Shown in pieces: positions 8,398-17,209 of a stretch of 64,000 nucleotides of DNA (the stretch's first letter is position 1; every line of letters starts with the position of its first letter). The notes under the pieces were generated by a model. That model was given only the letters and a program-made list of their open reading frames with translations, was not told where the DNA came from and did not search any database. Where the stretch lies: assembly GCA_049515135.1 (NCBI GenBank), contig JBEKUJ010000005.1, positions 227,252 to 291,251 of the forward strand, written 5' to 3'. The translations under genes and the position numbers were made by a program. The stretch comes from Spirochaetia bacterium (GTDB taxonomy: Bacteria; Spirochaetota; Spirochaetia; SZUA-6; Fen-1364).

Positions 8398-8751
8398 ATG
8401 CAGTGGCTCGTGCACGCCGTCGTCGCGTGGATGGACAAGCTGATGGCGGCGGCCCGCGACAACTACGGGGTCAACCCGGTTGTCTTCCTTGTCATCCTTT
8501 TCGGCGCGAGCCCCGTGTTCTACTTCTCCATCTACCGGATGGTGCGGGCCCTGGCGAAAAAGCACTTGAACGGCGTCACTCTCTGGAGCATGGTATTCCT
8601 GCTCTCCACCGCGGCTCCGTACCTGTACGTCCTGCTTGCCGGAAGGAATCTTCCCTGGTGGGTGTACATCATCATCGGGCTACTGCTGGCTCAGGGGGTC
8701 TGGTCGCTGGTGCGCAGGCTGAAGAAAAGGCCGCAGCCCGACAAGTCATAG
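8398..8751 (+). CDS. Small membrane protein (about 117 aa, 3 TM helices)
   Basis: ATG 8398 lies immediately after the MFS stop. Hydrophobic helices VVFLVILFGASPVFYF and WVYIIIGLLLAQGVW. Confidence 0.45.
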   Translation: MQWLVHAVVAWMDKLMAAARDNYGVNPVVFLVILFGASPVFYFSIYRMVRALAKKHLNGVTLWSMVFLLSTAAPYLYVLLAGRNLPWWVYIIIGLLLAQGVWSLVRRLKKRPQPDKS

Positions 8752-8766
8752 GGGAGGGAGATTCGT

Positions 8767-9969
8767 ATGACGCGATTTTCTCGCAGGATGGGTCTGGCGC
8801 GCAGATCTTTTGTGCGCGAGATCCTCAAAGTCACGGAGGATCCGTCCATCATCTCCTTTGCCGGCGGCCTGCCCAACCCGAGGTTCTTCCCCGTGCAGGA
8901 GCTTTCACGCGCCTCTGAGAAGACGCTGGCGGAAGCCGGCGCCGCGGCGCTGCAGTATGCAACCACGGAGGGGTTCCCGCCTCTTCGGGAATACATTGCC
9001 CGGCGTTACGGGCGTCGTGGAGTGCGCGTGTCTCCCGAAGACATCCTCATTACCAACGGATCGCAGCAGGGGCTGGACCTGGTCGGCAAGGCGCTGCTGG
9101 ACCAGGGGGATGTCGCCCTGGTGGAGCGGCCTACGTACCTGGCCGCGATCCAGGCGTTCAGCCTTTTCGAGCCACGCTTTCATGCCCTGGAGCTGTGCGA
9201 GGACGGCGTCCGGGCAGAGCTGATTGCCACGGCGCTCAGAGAGCACAACCCGAAGGTTTTCTACGTCGTGCCGAACTTCCAGAACCCTTCCGGGATAACC
9301 TGGTCCGCGGCGCGGCGCCGGGAGGCGGCCTCCCTGATTGCCAAAAGCGACACCGTGCTGGTGGAAGACGACCCGTACGGAGAGCTGAGGTTCGCCGGGC
9401 AGGCTGTTGCGCCCATGGGACGGGAAGGGGACGGAACCCTGTCGCCCTGGGCCGTTCTCCTTGGCACTTTCTCCAAGACGGTGGCCCCCGGCCTCAGGCT
9501 GGGTTGGCTGTGTGCAGGGCATGAGATCATGGAGCGCCTCATCATTGCAAAGCAGGCCGCGGATCTTCACTCCAACGGGTTTGCGCAGCGGGTTCTGAAT
9601 CGCTACCTTGCGGACAACGATGTGGATGGACACATCGCCCGCATCCGCGAAGCCTACGGACGGCAGCGGGACCTCATGGTGCACATGGTGGAGACGCTCT
9701 TTCCGGCAGAGGTGCGCTGCACAAGGCCGCTGGGCGGGATGTTCCTCTGGATGACGCTGCCTGAGGAGATATCGGCCATTGCGCTCCTTGAGGAGGCCAT
9801 CAAAGAGAAGGTGGCGTTCGTGCCGGGCCAGGCCTTCTTCACCGATGACTGCGGCGCAAATACGATGAGGTTGAACTTCTCAAACGCGGATGAGCCAATG
9901 ATCGAGGAGGGAATGAAGCGTCTGGCCCGGGTGTTCGCGGGCATGCGGACCCCTGGGAAGGGCCGCTAA
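8767..9969 (+). CDS. PLP-dependent aminotransferase, class I/II (MocR/LysN-like 2-aminoadipate transaminase family)
   Basis: 400 aa. TFSKTVAPGLRLGW is the PLP-lysine motif, and the fold matches throughout. Confidence 0.8.
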   Translation: MTRFSRRMGLARRSFVREILKVTEDPSIISFAGGLPNPRFFPVQELSRASEKTLAEAGAAALQYATTEGFPPLREYIARRYGRRGVRVSPEDILITNGSQQGLDLVGKALLDQGDVALVERPTYLAAIQAFSLFEPRFHALELCEDGVRAELIATALREHNPKVFYVVPNFQNPSGITWSAARRREAASLIAKSDTVLVEDDPYGELRFAGQAVAPMGREGDGTLSPWAVLLGTFSKTVAPGLRLGWLCAGHEIMERLIIAKQAADLHSNGFAQRVLNRYLADNDVDGHIARIREAYGRQRDLMVHMVETLFPAEVRCTRPLGGMFLWMTLPEEISAIALLEEAIKEKVAFVPGQAFFTDDCGANTMRLNFSNADEPMIEEGMKRLARVFAGMRTPGKGR

Positions 9970-9975
9970 GCTGAA

Positions 9976-10752
9976 TCAGGTGAAAAAATCCCCGGTATGG
10001 GGAGCGGTCCAGTCGAGAATCAGCGGAGTCACGGCGACTTTTCTGTCTTTCACGAGCACATGCGCGTCTGTTCCCTCCGCGTAGCGCGACTCGTCAGTAT
10101 ACAGAGTCGCATCAGCCACCACGGCGTCATCTGACTGTCTGCCCATCCTGGTCAGATAATAGGGGCTGCGGTGGAGCCTGCATACCTTCCAGTCGGTCTG
10201 CCTGTCTGCGCCCATGGGAACGTCGATCTTCAGCAGGTCGAAGCCGGGAAACCCGCGTTTCTCGATGAAACGGCGGATGAAAAGAGAGAGAAAGAACTTC
10301 GCCGCGTTCCAGTCGATTGGAGCGTAGGTTCTGTGCCCGGTAATCTCTGTCTGCATGGAAACGGCTATGGCGGGAACTCCCCGTGCTGCGCATTCAAGAG
10401 CGGCTCCAACCGTTCCCGATGTGCTGATGTCGTACCCGATGTTCTCCCCGTAGTTGATCCCGGAAATGGCAAGGTCGATTTTCCTCTCTCTCAGGACCGT
10501 GGAGAACGCGTGCCGCACAACGAGCGCAGGGGTGCCCTCCAGGTGGAAGGCTGGGATCTTCTGGTCTCCCACGTTTATTTCGGTTATAGACAGCGGCGCC
10601 GTCCTGTCGCCTACGAGACTCCTTCCGGCGCCGGTCTTCTGGCTTGATGGTGCGGTGACCCAGACTCTGCCGAAATTCCGCGCTGCATCTACCGCAGCGA
10701 TCAGGCCAGGCGAGAGGACGCCGTCGTCGTTCGTGCACAGGATTTCCATCAT
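9976..10752 (-). CDS. surE: 5'/3'-nucleotidase SurE
   Basis: MMEILCTNDDGVLSPGL is the SurE N-terminal motif. The start overlaps the upstream stop as ATGA. The listed ORF's upstream extension is spurious. Confidence 0.8.
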   Translation of the reverse strand: MMEILCTNDDGVLSPGLIAAVDAARNFGRVWVTAPSSQKTGAGRSLVGDRTAPLSITEINVGDQKIPAFHLEGTPALVVRHAFSTVLRERKIDLAISGINYGENIGYDISTSGTVGAALECAARGVPAIAVSMQTEITGHRTYAPIDWNAAKFFLSLFIRRFIEKRGFPGFDLLKIDVPMGADRQTDWKVCRLHRSPYYLTRMGRQSDDAVVADATLYTDESRYAEGTDAHVLVKDRKVAVTPLILDWTAPHTGDFFT

Positions 10753-11540
10753 TTCCCCGGTTTCAGCGCATCGACTTCCAGGCGCACCATGCGGACAACT
10801 CCCTCTCCCTGAGGGCTCAGGGGGTGAACGGCAAGGTAGCGCTCCACAACCTCTGAGAGGAACTGCTGGCGGAGGTTTGCCGGGAGCCTTTCCGTATATG
10901 GCATCCACGTTGTGCGCAGCCATCCCAGGAGGCCTTCTCTGCCTTTCTGGCGCATATCTCGAGGGAGAAGCTCCACTCGCCTGGGCTCCAGGCCTGCTTC
11001 CGTCAGCCAGTGCCGGTATTCCTCAGGCCCGGAGAACGCCCAGGGGAACTCGAAATCACGGAAGAAAGACCGCCAGGCGTCTTTCTTCATTACCTGCGCG
11101 GCCGCGAAGAAGATCTCTTCCCCGTTCCCCCTGCCTCCCATCTGGAGAAGCAGTCGGCCTCCGGCTTTCAGGCTCCCAGCAACGCCGTGCAGCACGGCGC
11201 CATGATCCTTGACCCAGTGAAGGGCGGCGTTGGAGAAAACCACGTTGAAACCTTCCTTGAAGGAAAGGGCGCGGGCGTCCATGGTGAGGAAACGCACACC
11301 TGGAAACGCTGCGGCTGCTTTGCCGATCATGTCTTCCGAGCTGTCCACGCCGACCACCTCGCCGCGGGGGACGCGGCGCGCGAGCTCCGCGGTGACCTTG
11401 CCGTCCCCGCAGCCGATGTCCAGGATCCGTTCGTCTCCGCGGAGCGCAAGCTTTCCGATCAGCTCCAGAGCCCACTGAAACTGGGCGCTGGAGTTGCGCG
11501 CATACTGCTCCGCGTCCCAGCCGTATCCCTTTTCGGTCAT
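10749..11540 (-). CDS. SAM-dependent methyltransferase (trans-aconitate methyltransferase Tam-like)
   Basis: From MTEKGYGWDAEQYARNSSAQ... onward, ILDIGCGDGKVTAELARR is SAM-binding motif I. The start overlaps the upstream stop. Confidence 0.7.
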   Translation of the reverse strand: MTEKGYGWDAEQYARNSSAQFQWALELIGKLALRGDERILDIGCGDGKVTAELARRVPRGEVVGVDSSEDMIGKAAAAFPGVRFLTMDARALSFKEGFNVVFSNAALHWVKDHGAVLHGVAGSLKAGGRLLLQMGGRGNGEEIFFAAAQVMKKDAWRSFFRDFEFPWAFSGPEEYRHWLTEAGLEPRRVELLPRDMRQKGREGLLGWLRTTWMPYTERLPANLRQQFLSEVVERYLAVHPLSPQGEGVVRMVRLEVDALKPGK

Positions 11541-12787
11541 CTCCTGATGCTCCCAAGGGCATCGACGAGCTTTGCAATCTCCTCCGGTGTGTTGTAGTGG
11601 ACTGCGCCCACGCGCACCATGCCGCCCGAAGCCTCCAGGCCGAGGCGGGTTGTGACTTCCAGGGCATAGTAGTTCCCATCCGAAGCGCAGATCCCCTTCC
11701 TGTCCAGCTCCTCGCAGATGCGCCGGGGGTGCAAACCCTCCATGGTGAATGCGAATGTGGGCGCGCGCTCCCGCATCCGGGCAGGGTCCGTAATGCCGTG
11801 GATCCTCAAGCCCTTCACCGATGAGAGGCCGCTCAGCATCTCTCGCGCAAGCTGAGCCTCCCATTCCCTGATTTCGCACATGCCGGCCCGGATGGCCGAA
11901 GATCGATCAGAGGCCGCGATGTGCGGCGCGGGGCCGGGTCCGTGCCCGTGCCCGCCCAGGGAGGCGATGTACTCCACCGCTCCCATGGCGCCAGCGATGG
12001 ATTCGAAGCTCTGCGTTCCCGTTTCCCACCTGTCCGGGGACGCGTCACCGGCAGGCCGCACCTTGTACGCGAAGAGGCGCTCCATCAAGTCATGCGTCCC
12101 GTACATGACGCCGATGTGCGGGCCGAAGAACTTGTATGCGGAGCAGATCAGGATGTCGCAGCCAAGGCTGGCAACGTCGATTGGACCGTGCGGGGCAAAG
12201 TGCACGGCATCCACGAAGCACAGCGCGCCCGCCGAGTGGGCGATCTGGACAGCGCGAGCGATGGGAGAAATGGTGCCCGTGGCATTGGAGGCGTACCCGA
12301 CGGCAACGATCTTTGTGCGCGGACCGACCTGAGCCAGAAGGTCTTCCTCCCCCCAGGCGCAGTCAGCGGGGGCGAAGTCCACGTACCTCACCATGCATCC
12401 CCTGTCCCTGGCCGCGAGGACCCAGGGAGTAACGTTGGCGTCATGATCCAGCCGGGTGACCACGATCTCGTCTCCGGGGGAAAGCTCGCGGGCCAGGCTT
12501 CGGGAAATGTGCATGGTGAGGGAGGTCATGTTCTGGCCGAATGAGATCTCCTCCAGCCGTCGCGCCCCCAGGAAGTCGGCAAGGGCTCGCCGGGCTTCGA
12601 CAACCATTGCGTCCGATTCCCGGCTGGATCGGAACACTCCGCCGTGGTTGGCATTTCTTGCAACGAGGTAGTCGTTCATCCGGTCCAGCGCCTCCCGGCA
12701 GATCTGCGTGCCTGCCGGGTTGTCGAAATGGATGACGCCGGACTGCAGGGCCGGAAAATGCGCGCGCGCAACTTTGGGATCAATCAT
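11537..12787 (-). CDS. Cysteine desulfurase family protein (aminotransferase class V)
   Basis: Class V fold with SAYKFFGPHIGVMYG (PLP-lysine context) and a HYNTPEEI C-terminal motif. The likely start is MIDPKV at 12787. Confidence 0.7.
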   Translation of the reverse strand: MIDPKVARAHFPALQSGVIHFDNPAGTQICREALDRMNDYLVARNANHGGVFRSSRESDAMVVEARRALADFLGARRLEEISFGQNMTSLTMHISRSLARELSPGDEIVVTRLDHDANVTPWVLAARDRGCMVRYVDFAPADCAWGEEDLLAQVGPRTKIVAVGYASNATGTISPIARAVQIAHSAGALCFVDAVHFAPHGPIDVASLGCDILICSAYKFFGPHIGVMYGTHDLMERLFAYKVRPAGDASPDRWETGTQSFESIAGAMGAVEYIASLGGHGHGPGPAPHIAASDRSSAIRAGMCEIREWEAQLAREMLSGLSSVKGLRIHGITDPARMRERAPTFAFTMEGLHPRRICEELDRKGICASDGNYYALEVTTRLGLEASGGMVRVGAVHYNTPEEIAKLVDALGSIRR

Positions 12788-13767
12788 GATATCTCCTTCC
12801 ATCTCCGACAGGCCGTCCTGTGCCCCGGACTGACTTCAACCAACCCGGGCTCTGGCGCGAGCCTGCACTCCCTGGTGACAAAAATGCACCGCGGGTGGAA
12901 CCTGCACCCCTGCGGGATGGCTGAAGCGGACGGGATTTCTCCGCGGATCGGCAGCTCCCGCATCTCTTTCACCCGGCCGGGAACCGGCTCGCATACGGCC
13001 TGGATCAACGCCCGGGTGTAGGGATGCGCCGGACGGTCCACGATATCGTCCGGCGTTCCGATCTCCACGATCCGGCCAAGGTACATGACGGCGAGCCTGT
13101 GTGTGAAGAACCTCGCCGTCGAGATGTCGTGCGTGATGTAGAGATAGCTGAGCCCCCGCGCCCTCTGCACCTCTTTCATCATGGAAAGGATTTCCGCGCG
13201 CGTGGACAGGTCGATCATGGAGACCGGCTCGTCTGCAACCAGAAGCGACGGGGAAAGGATGAGCGTGCGCGCCGTGGCCACCCGCTGTCTCTGTCCGCCG
13301 GAGAGCATGTGGGGAAACCTGTCCAGGTACTCCTCTGCCGGCTCAAGCTTCACTTCGGACAGGGCCCTGCGGACCATCTCCTCCTGCTCGGCGCGGGTCC
13401 TGCCGATGCGATGGATGGCAAGCGGCTCCCGAAGCACATCGCGGATCCGAAACCGCGGGTTCATCGAGGCATACGGGTCCTGGAAGATCATCTGCGCCCG
13501 CCGGCGAAACGCCGCGGTCTCCGCCCGCGAGGACTTTGCCATGTCCCTTCCTTCGAACCGGATTTCACCCCCGGTGGGCGAAAGGAGCCTGACCACGAGC
13601 CTGCCTGTGGTGGTCTTCCCGCAGCCGGATTCCCCGATAAGCCCCAGGATCTCTCCGCGGCGGATCTCGAAGCTGACTCCGTCCACGGCGCGCACCACCC
13701 GCCGCCCGCGCCGTGCTATGAAATGCATGGAGAGGTCTGTGACAGAAAGAACGGGCTCTTCCGGCAT
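12784..13767 (-). CDS. ABC transporter ATP-binding protein (OppF/DppF type)
   Basis: Walker A GESGCGKTT, signature LSGGQRQRVATAR, and a C-terminal oligopeptide-ABC Cys-rich tail. Start is ATG 13767 (MPEEP) or 13776. The long N-terminal extension in the listed ORF is spurious. Confidence 0.8.
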   Translation of the reverse strand: MPEEPVLSVTDLSMHFIARRGRRVVRAVDGVSFEIRRGEILGLIGESGCGKTTTGRLVVRLLSPTGGEIRFEGRDMAKSSRAETAAFRRRAQMIFQDPYASMNPRFRIRDVLREPLAIHRIGRTRAEQEEMVRRALSEVKLEPAEEYLDRFPHMLSGGQRQRVATARTLILSPSLLVADEPVSMIDLSTRAEILSMMKEVQRARGLSYLYITHDISTARFFTHRLAVMYLGRIVEIGTPDDIVDRPAHPYTRALIQAVCEPVPGRVKEMRELPIRGEIPSASAIPQGCRFHPRCIFVTRECRLAPEPGLVEVSPGHRTACRRWKEIS

Positions 13768-14738
13768 CAGCCGCATCTCCAGCAGGCAGCGAAGTGTCCC
13801 GGGGCCACTTCCCGAAGGGTTGGATCGTCGGTGCAGCGGTCGAACGCAAACGGACAGCGCGGACGGAACCTGCAGCCGGAGGGCGGCACCAGCAGGTCCG
13901 GAGGGTTGCCGGGAATGAAAGCAAGCTCGTTCACTTTCTCCCTGAGGCGCGGCGTGGCTTCGAGCAGCATCCGGGTGTAGGGATGGCACGCTCTGCCGCC
14001 GAAGATGATTTCGTTTGACGCTGTCTCCACGGCTCTTCCTGCGTACATCACCAGGATCCGGTCTGCCACATCCGCTTCCGTGGCAAGGTCGTGCGTGATG
14101 AAGATGAGAGAGAGGTCCAGCCGTCTCTTCAGCTCTTTCACCGTGTTGAGTATCTGGGCCTGCACGATGACATCGAGGGCCGTGGTCGGCTCGTCCAGCA
14201 CCACGACCCGCGGCTCCAGGAAAAGCGCGGTTGCAATCACCACCCGCTGCTTCATGCCACCGGAAAGCTCGTGGGGGTAGCGGTTGATCACTTCCGGGGC
14301 AAGTCCGACCAGTTCCAGGTATCGCTCGATGATCCGCCGCGCCTCGGCCCGGGTTGTTCGTCTGTGATGCTGCAGCGTCTGGCTCATCTGCCTGCCCACC
14401 GTGTAGACTGGGGTCAGGCTGTTCATGGCGCCCTGGAAGACCATCGAGACTTTCTCCCACCGCACCTGCCGGCGCACCTCCTCGTCGCTGAGAGACAGGA
14501 TGTCCGTCCCGTCGATGACAATCCTTCCCGCCACGATCCTCCCCGGAGGCGCCGGCATGGCCAGCATCGCCGTAGCGAGGCTCGTCTTGCCGCAGCCGGA
14601 CTCCCCGACAAGCCCCAGGGTTTCCCCGCGCAGCAGCTCGAAGCTCACGCCGTCCACCGCGCGGACTGGGCCGCGCCGCGTGAAATAGTGCAGCGCGAGG
14701 TCCTGGACGACGACCACGGGATCTGCCATGCCTGCCAT
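13767..14738 (-). CDS. ABC transporter ATP-binding protein (OppD/DppD type)
   Basis: Walker A GESGCGKTS, signature LSGGMKQRVVIA and a CRFRPRCPFA C-terminal motif. Start is MAGMADPVVVV at about 14738. Confidence 0.8.
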   Translation of the reverse strand: MAGMADPVVVVQDLALHYFTRRGPVRAVDGVSFELLRGETLGLVGESGCGKTSLATAMLAMPAPPGRIVAGRIVIDGTDILSLSDEEVRRQVRWEKVSMVFQGAMNSLTPVYTVGRQMSQTLQHHRRTTRAEARRIIERYLELVGLAPEVINRYPHELSGGMKQRVVIATALFLEPRVVVLDEPTTALDVIVQAQILNTVKELKRRLDLSLIFITHDLATEADVADRILVMYAGRAVETASNEIIFGGRACHPYTRMLLEATPRLREKVNELAFIPGNPPDLLVPPSGCRFRPRCPFAFDRCTDDPTLREVAPGHFAACWRCG

Positions 14739-14740
14739 CC

Positions 14741-16165
14741 CTATCGCGTCCTCAACTTCGGGTGGAGGATCCTGTCCATCGCGAAGCCGATGAAGGAAAA
14801 CGTCATGCCCATCAGGGCGATCATGAGCCCGGGCGGCGCGACCCACCACCACAATCCGCCCAGGACGGCGCCACCCGTGAACGCGTCATGAAGGATCTGG
14901 CCCCAGGTCACGATGGTTGCATCCCCGAGGCCCAGGAGGCTGACGGTGGATTCATACACAACGGCGCCGGGAACAGAGAGCGCCATTGATGCGAACGCGT
15001 ACGGGATGAGCAGCGGGACCATGTGGCGGAAGATGAGCCGCGCGCTTCCCGCCCCGAGGGCGCGGGAGGCTTCGATGTAGGTCTCCTCCCTGATGGAAAG
15101 CGCCATCGCGTAGACCGTCTTCACGGGTCCTGTCCAGAAGAAGGCGGACATGATCACAATAAGAAACCAGATGCTCGGCTTAAAGACTGCGCTGATCACG
15201 ATGAGAAGAGGAAGGACCGGCTGGTTGGAAAAGATCTCGAACACCCGCTGCATCAGCCAGTTGACGGGCCCGCCGAAATACGCTGCCGTGATCCCCCACA
15301 CCACGCCGATGGCCACGGAGACGAACGCGGTCAGGAGCCCGATCAGAAGGGCCCACTTGATGCCGGCAATCACGCCGCTCCACAGGTCCCTCTTGGAGTT
15401 GTCCGTGCCCAGGAGGCCGCTCACCCGGCCCGTGACAAGGAGCATCGGGTTCGACACTTGCGCGCCCTCCGTGGTCAACACGGCGAGCAGGGTGACCTGG
15501 TAGCCGCCTTTGAGCGGCCGGGGCGCTGCAAGCATTCCCTGCCTGGCCTGGGAAAAGAGCACGGTGGTCGGACGGATACGGTCAACGTCCGCGCCAGTCA
15601 TGGTTTCGGCGGATTCATACCCCTGGAGGAACCCCAGCGCGGCTTGCCCCGCGCTCTTGTCCACGGAGATGCGAATGTCGGTCCCACTGCCGGCGGAAAC
15701 CTGCTCCTGGTCCAGGGTGATCTCCTGGCCGTCGGGACGGGTGAGCGTGAGGGCCACGGGTATCTCGCCCGATCCCGCAAACCGGACAACGAGGTCGCGG
15801 GGGGGAAGGTCGAAGCCGTAGTTGTATGTGAAGACACAGGTCACAAGCCGGGCGCTGTCCGACGTCTCCTGCCTGCTTTGGGACGGGGACAACAGAAGGG
15901 AGACTGCGGATTTCTGCCGCGCGAACGCGTTGGTCCACGCAGGCGGGGCGTTTGCGGGCTGCTCATCCCAATAGGTGATGTCATGCCATCGGGAGTCAGT
16001 CTGGGGAAATGTGATGAGGCGCCTTTCGAATACAGCGCCTGCCAGAAACAGGACCAGCATGAGGAAGCCGGCAATGCCCGCCGGCTCGCGGCCCAGGCTG
16101 GCAAAGAGGTCGCGCATCCACGGCCGGGCAGGAAGCCGATCGGGCGCAGGGTGAGCGCCGCTCAT
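14741..16165 (-). CDS. ABC transporter permease (OppC/DppC type) with an extended N-terminal periplasmic domain
   Basis: The C-terminal half carries permease motifs (ASRALGAGSARLIFRHMVPL). The true start MSGAHPAPD at 16165 overlaps the OppB stop as ATGA. The listed 709-aa ORF is over-extended. Confidence 0.75.
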   Translation of the reverse strand: MSGAHPAPDRLPARPWMRDLFASLGREPAGIAGFLMLVLFLAGAVFERRLITFPQTDSRWHDITYWDEQPANAPPAWTNAFARQKSAVSLLLSPSQSRQETSDSARLVTCVFTYNYGFDLPPRDLVVRFAGSGEIPVALTLTRPDGQEITLDQEQVSAGSGTDIRISVDKSAGQAALGFLQGYESAETMTGADVDRIRPTTVLFSQARQGMLAAPRPLKGGYQVTLLAVLTTEGAQVSNPMLLVTGRVSGLLGTDNSKRDLWSGVIAGIKWALLIGLLTAFVSVAIGVVWGITAAYFGGPVNWLMQRVFEIFSNQPVLPLLIVISAVFKPSIWFLIVIMSAFFWTGPVKTVYAMALSIREETYIEASRALGAGSARLIFRHMVPLLIPYAFASMALSVPGAVVYESTVSLLGLGDATIVTWGQILHDAFTGGAVLGGLWWWVAPPGLMIALMGMTFSFIGFAMDRILHPKLRTR

Positions 16166-17202
16166 GGGGAAGCCCCGGTCTTTATCCGGGGATCCAGGAG
16201 CCCGTAGATGAGGTCCAGGAAGGCAAGTCCTGCGATGTACATGGCGGTGGTCACTGCAAGCAGACCGAGTGTCACGGCGGTGTCCCCCTGCTCGACGGAA
16301 ATCCAGTACAGGTTCCCCATTCCCGGCCAGCTGAAGATCCCCTCGAAGATGATGTTGCCGAACACCGAAGACAGGAGGGAGAGGAGCGCGATGGTGGTGA
16401 GAGGCGGCGCCGCCGTCCTCATGGCATGGCCAAAGAGCACTGTCCGTTCGGTGAGCCCTCGGGCCCTGGCGGCGCTGATGTAATCCTCCTGGAGGATGCT
16501 CAGGACGATGTTGCGTGCCAGGAGAGCTACGCCCCAGAAGTTCACAAGGACAAGCGTGATGACTGGCAGGGCCATATGCCAGACCAGGTCGACCGCAGAG
16601 GAAAGTCCCTGCGGGGGCGGAAGGACGTGCATGCCACCGGACGGGAAGATTGGCAGCTTGTACGCCAGGAGCATGATGAAGATCATTGCCACCCACCACG
16701 TGGGAAGACCGTAGACCACCATGGTGACGATGGAAGCGGACCTGTCCAGCGTCCTGCCTGCCCTCTGCGCCTGCTTCAGGCCAAGCCAGACCCCCAGCAG
16801 CACCTGCAGCGCGATGGACGTCGTGAACAGGAGCACCGTGCGCGGAACGGTCTCCATGATGATGCGCCACACATTGCGCTCCCCCTGCGAGCTCTTGATC
16901 GTTATGGAATTGCCGAACTGGAAGGTCACCGTGTCCGCCGTCCGCCAGAGGACCCGGACCGGCATGGGCCGGTCCAGATGGGAGACGCGGTACAGGTAGG
17001 CCCGTCTTTCAGCAACGAACCTCTGCACCTGTTCCGCGGATGCGTTTCTGAGCCTTGCCGCTTCCGGCTGCAGGGACTCCTCGATTTGCGCGCGCACCGT
17101 CTTTTCCGCGGTGGCCGTAAAGAGGACGGAGAAGATGAACATCTCGATCACGAAGATGGCAAGGGCGTTCAGGACGCGTCGAACGGCGTATCGCAGGTAC
17201 AT
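16162..17202 (-). CDS. ABC transporter permease (OppB/DppB type)
   Basis: True start MYLRYAVRRVLNALAIFV. Conserved segments ISAARARGLTERTVLFGHAMR and LLDPRIK. Confidence 0.8.
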   Translation of the reverse strand: MYLRYAVRRVLNALAIFVIEMFIFSVLFTATAEKTVRAQIEESLQPEAARLRNASAEQVQRFVAERRAYLYRVSHLDRPMPVRVLWRTADTVTFQFGNSITIKSSQGERNVWRIIMETVPRTVLLFTTSIALQVLLGVWLGLKQAQRAGRTLDRSASIVTMVVYGLPTWWVAMIFIMLLAYKLPIFPSGGMHVLPPPQGLSSAVDLVWHMALPVITLVLVNFWGVALLARNIVLSILQEDYISAARARGLTERTVLFGHAMRTAAPPLTTIALLSLLSSVFGNIIFEGIFSWPGMGNLYWISVEQGDTAVTLGLLAVTTAMYIAGLAFLDLIYGLLDPRIKTGASP

Positions 17203-17209
17203 CGGAGGC

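Noticed and set aside
6854-8443. 529-aa + ORF overlapping the MFS transporter
   Set aside because: It is in a different frame from the MFS gene, has extreme Arg/Pro/Gly composition and no motifs. It is typical of long spurious ORFs in high-GC DNA.
14741-16870. 709-aa version of the OppC ORF, plus similar N-terminal extensions of the OppF, OppD, OppB, SBP, SurE, methyltransferase and TetR ORFs
   Set aside because: The upstream extensions overlap the preceding gene in another frame and are low-complexity. Internal starts that overlap the upstream stop codons (ATGA/TGA) give proteins of canonical length.
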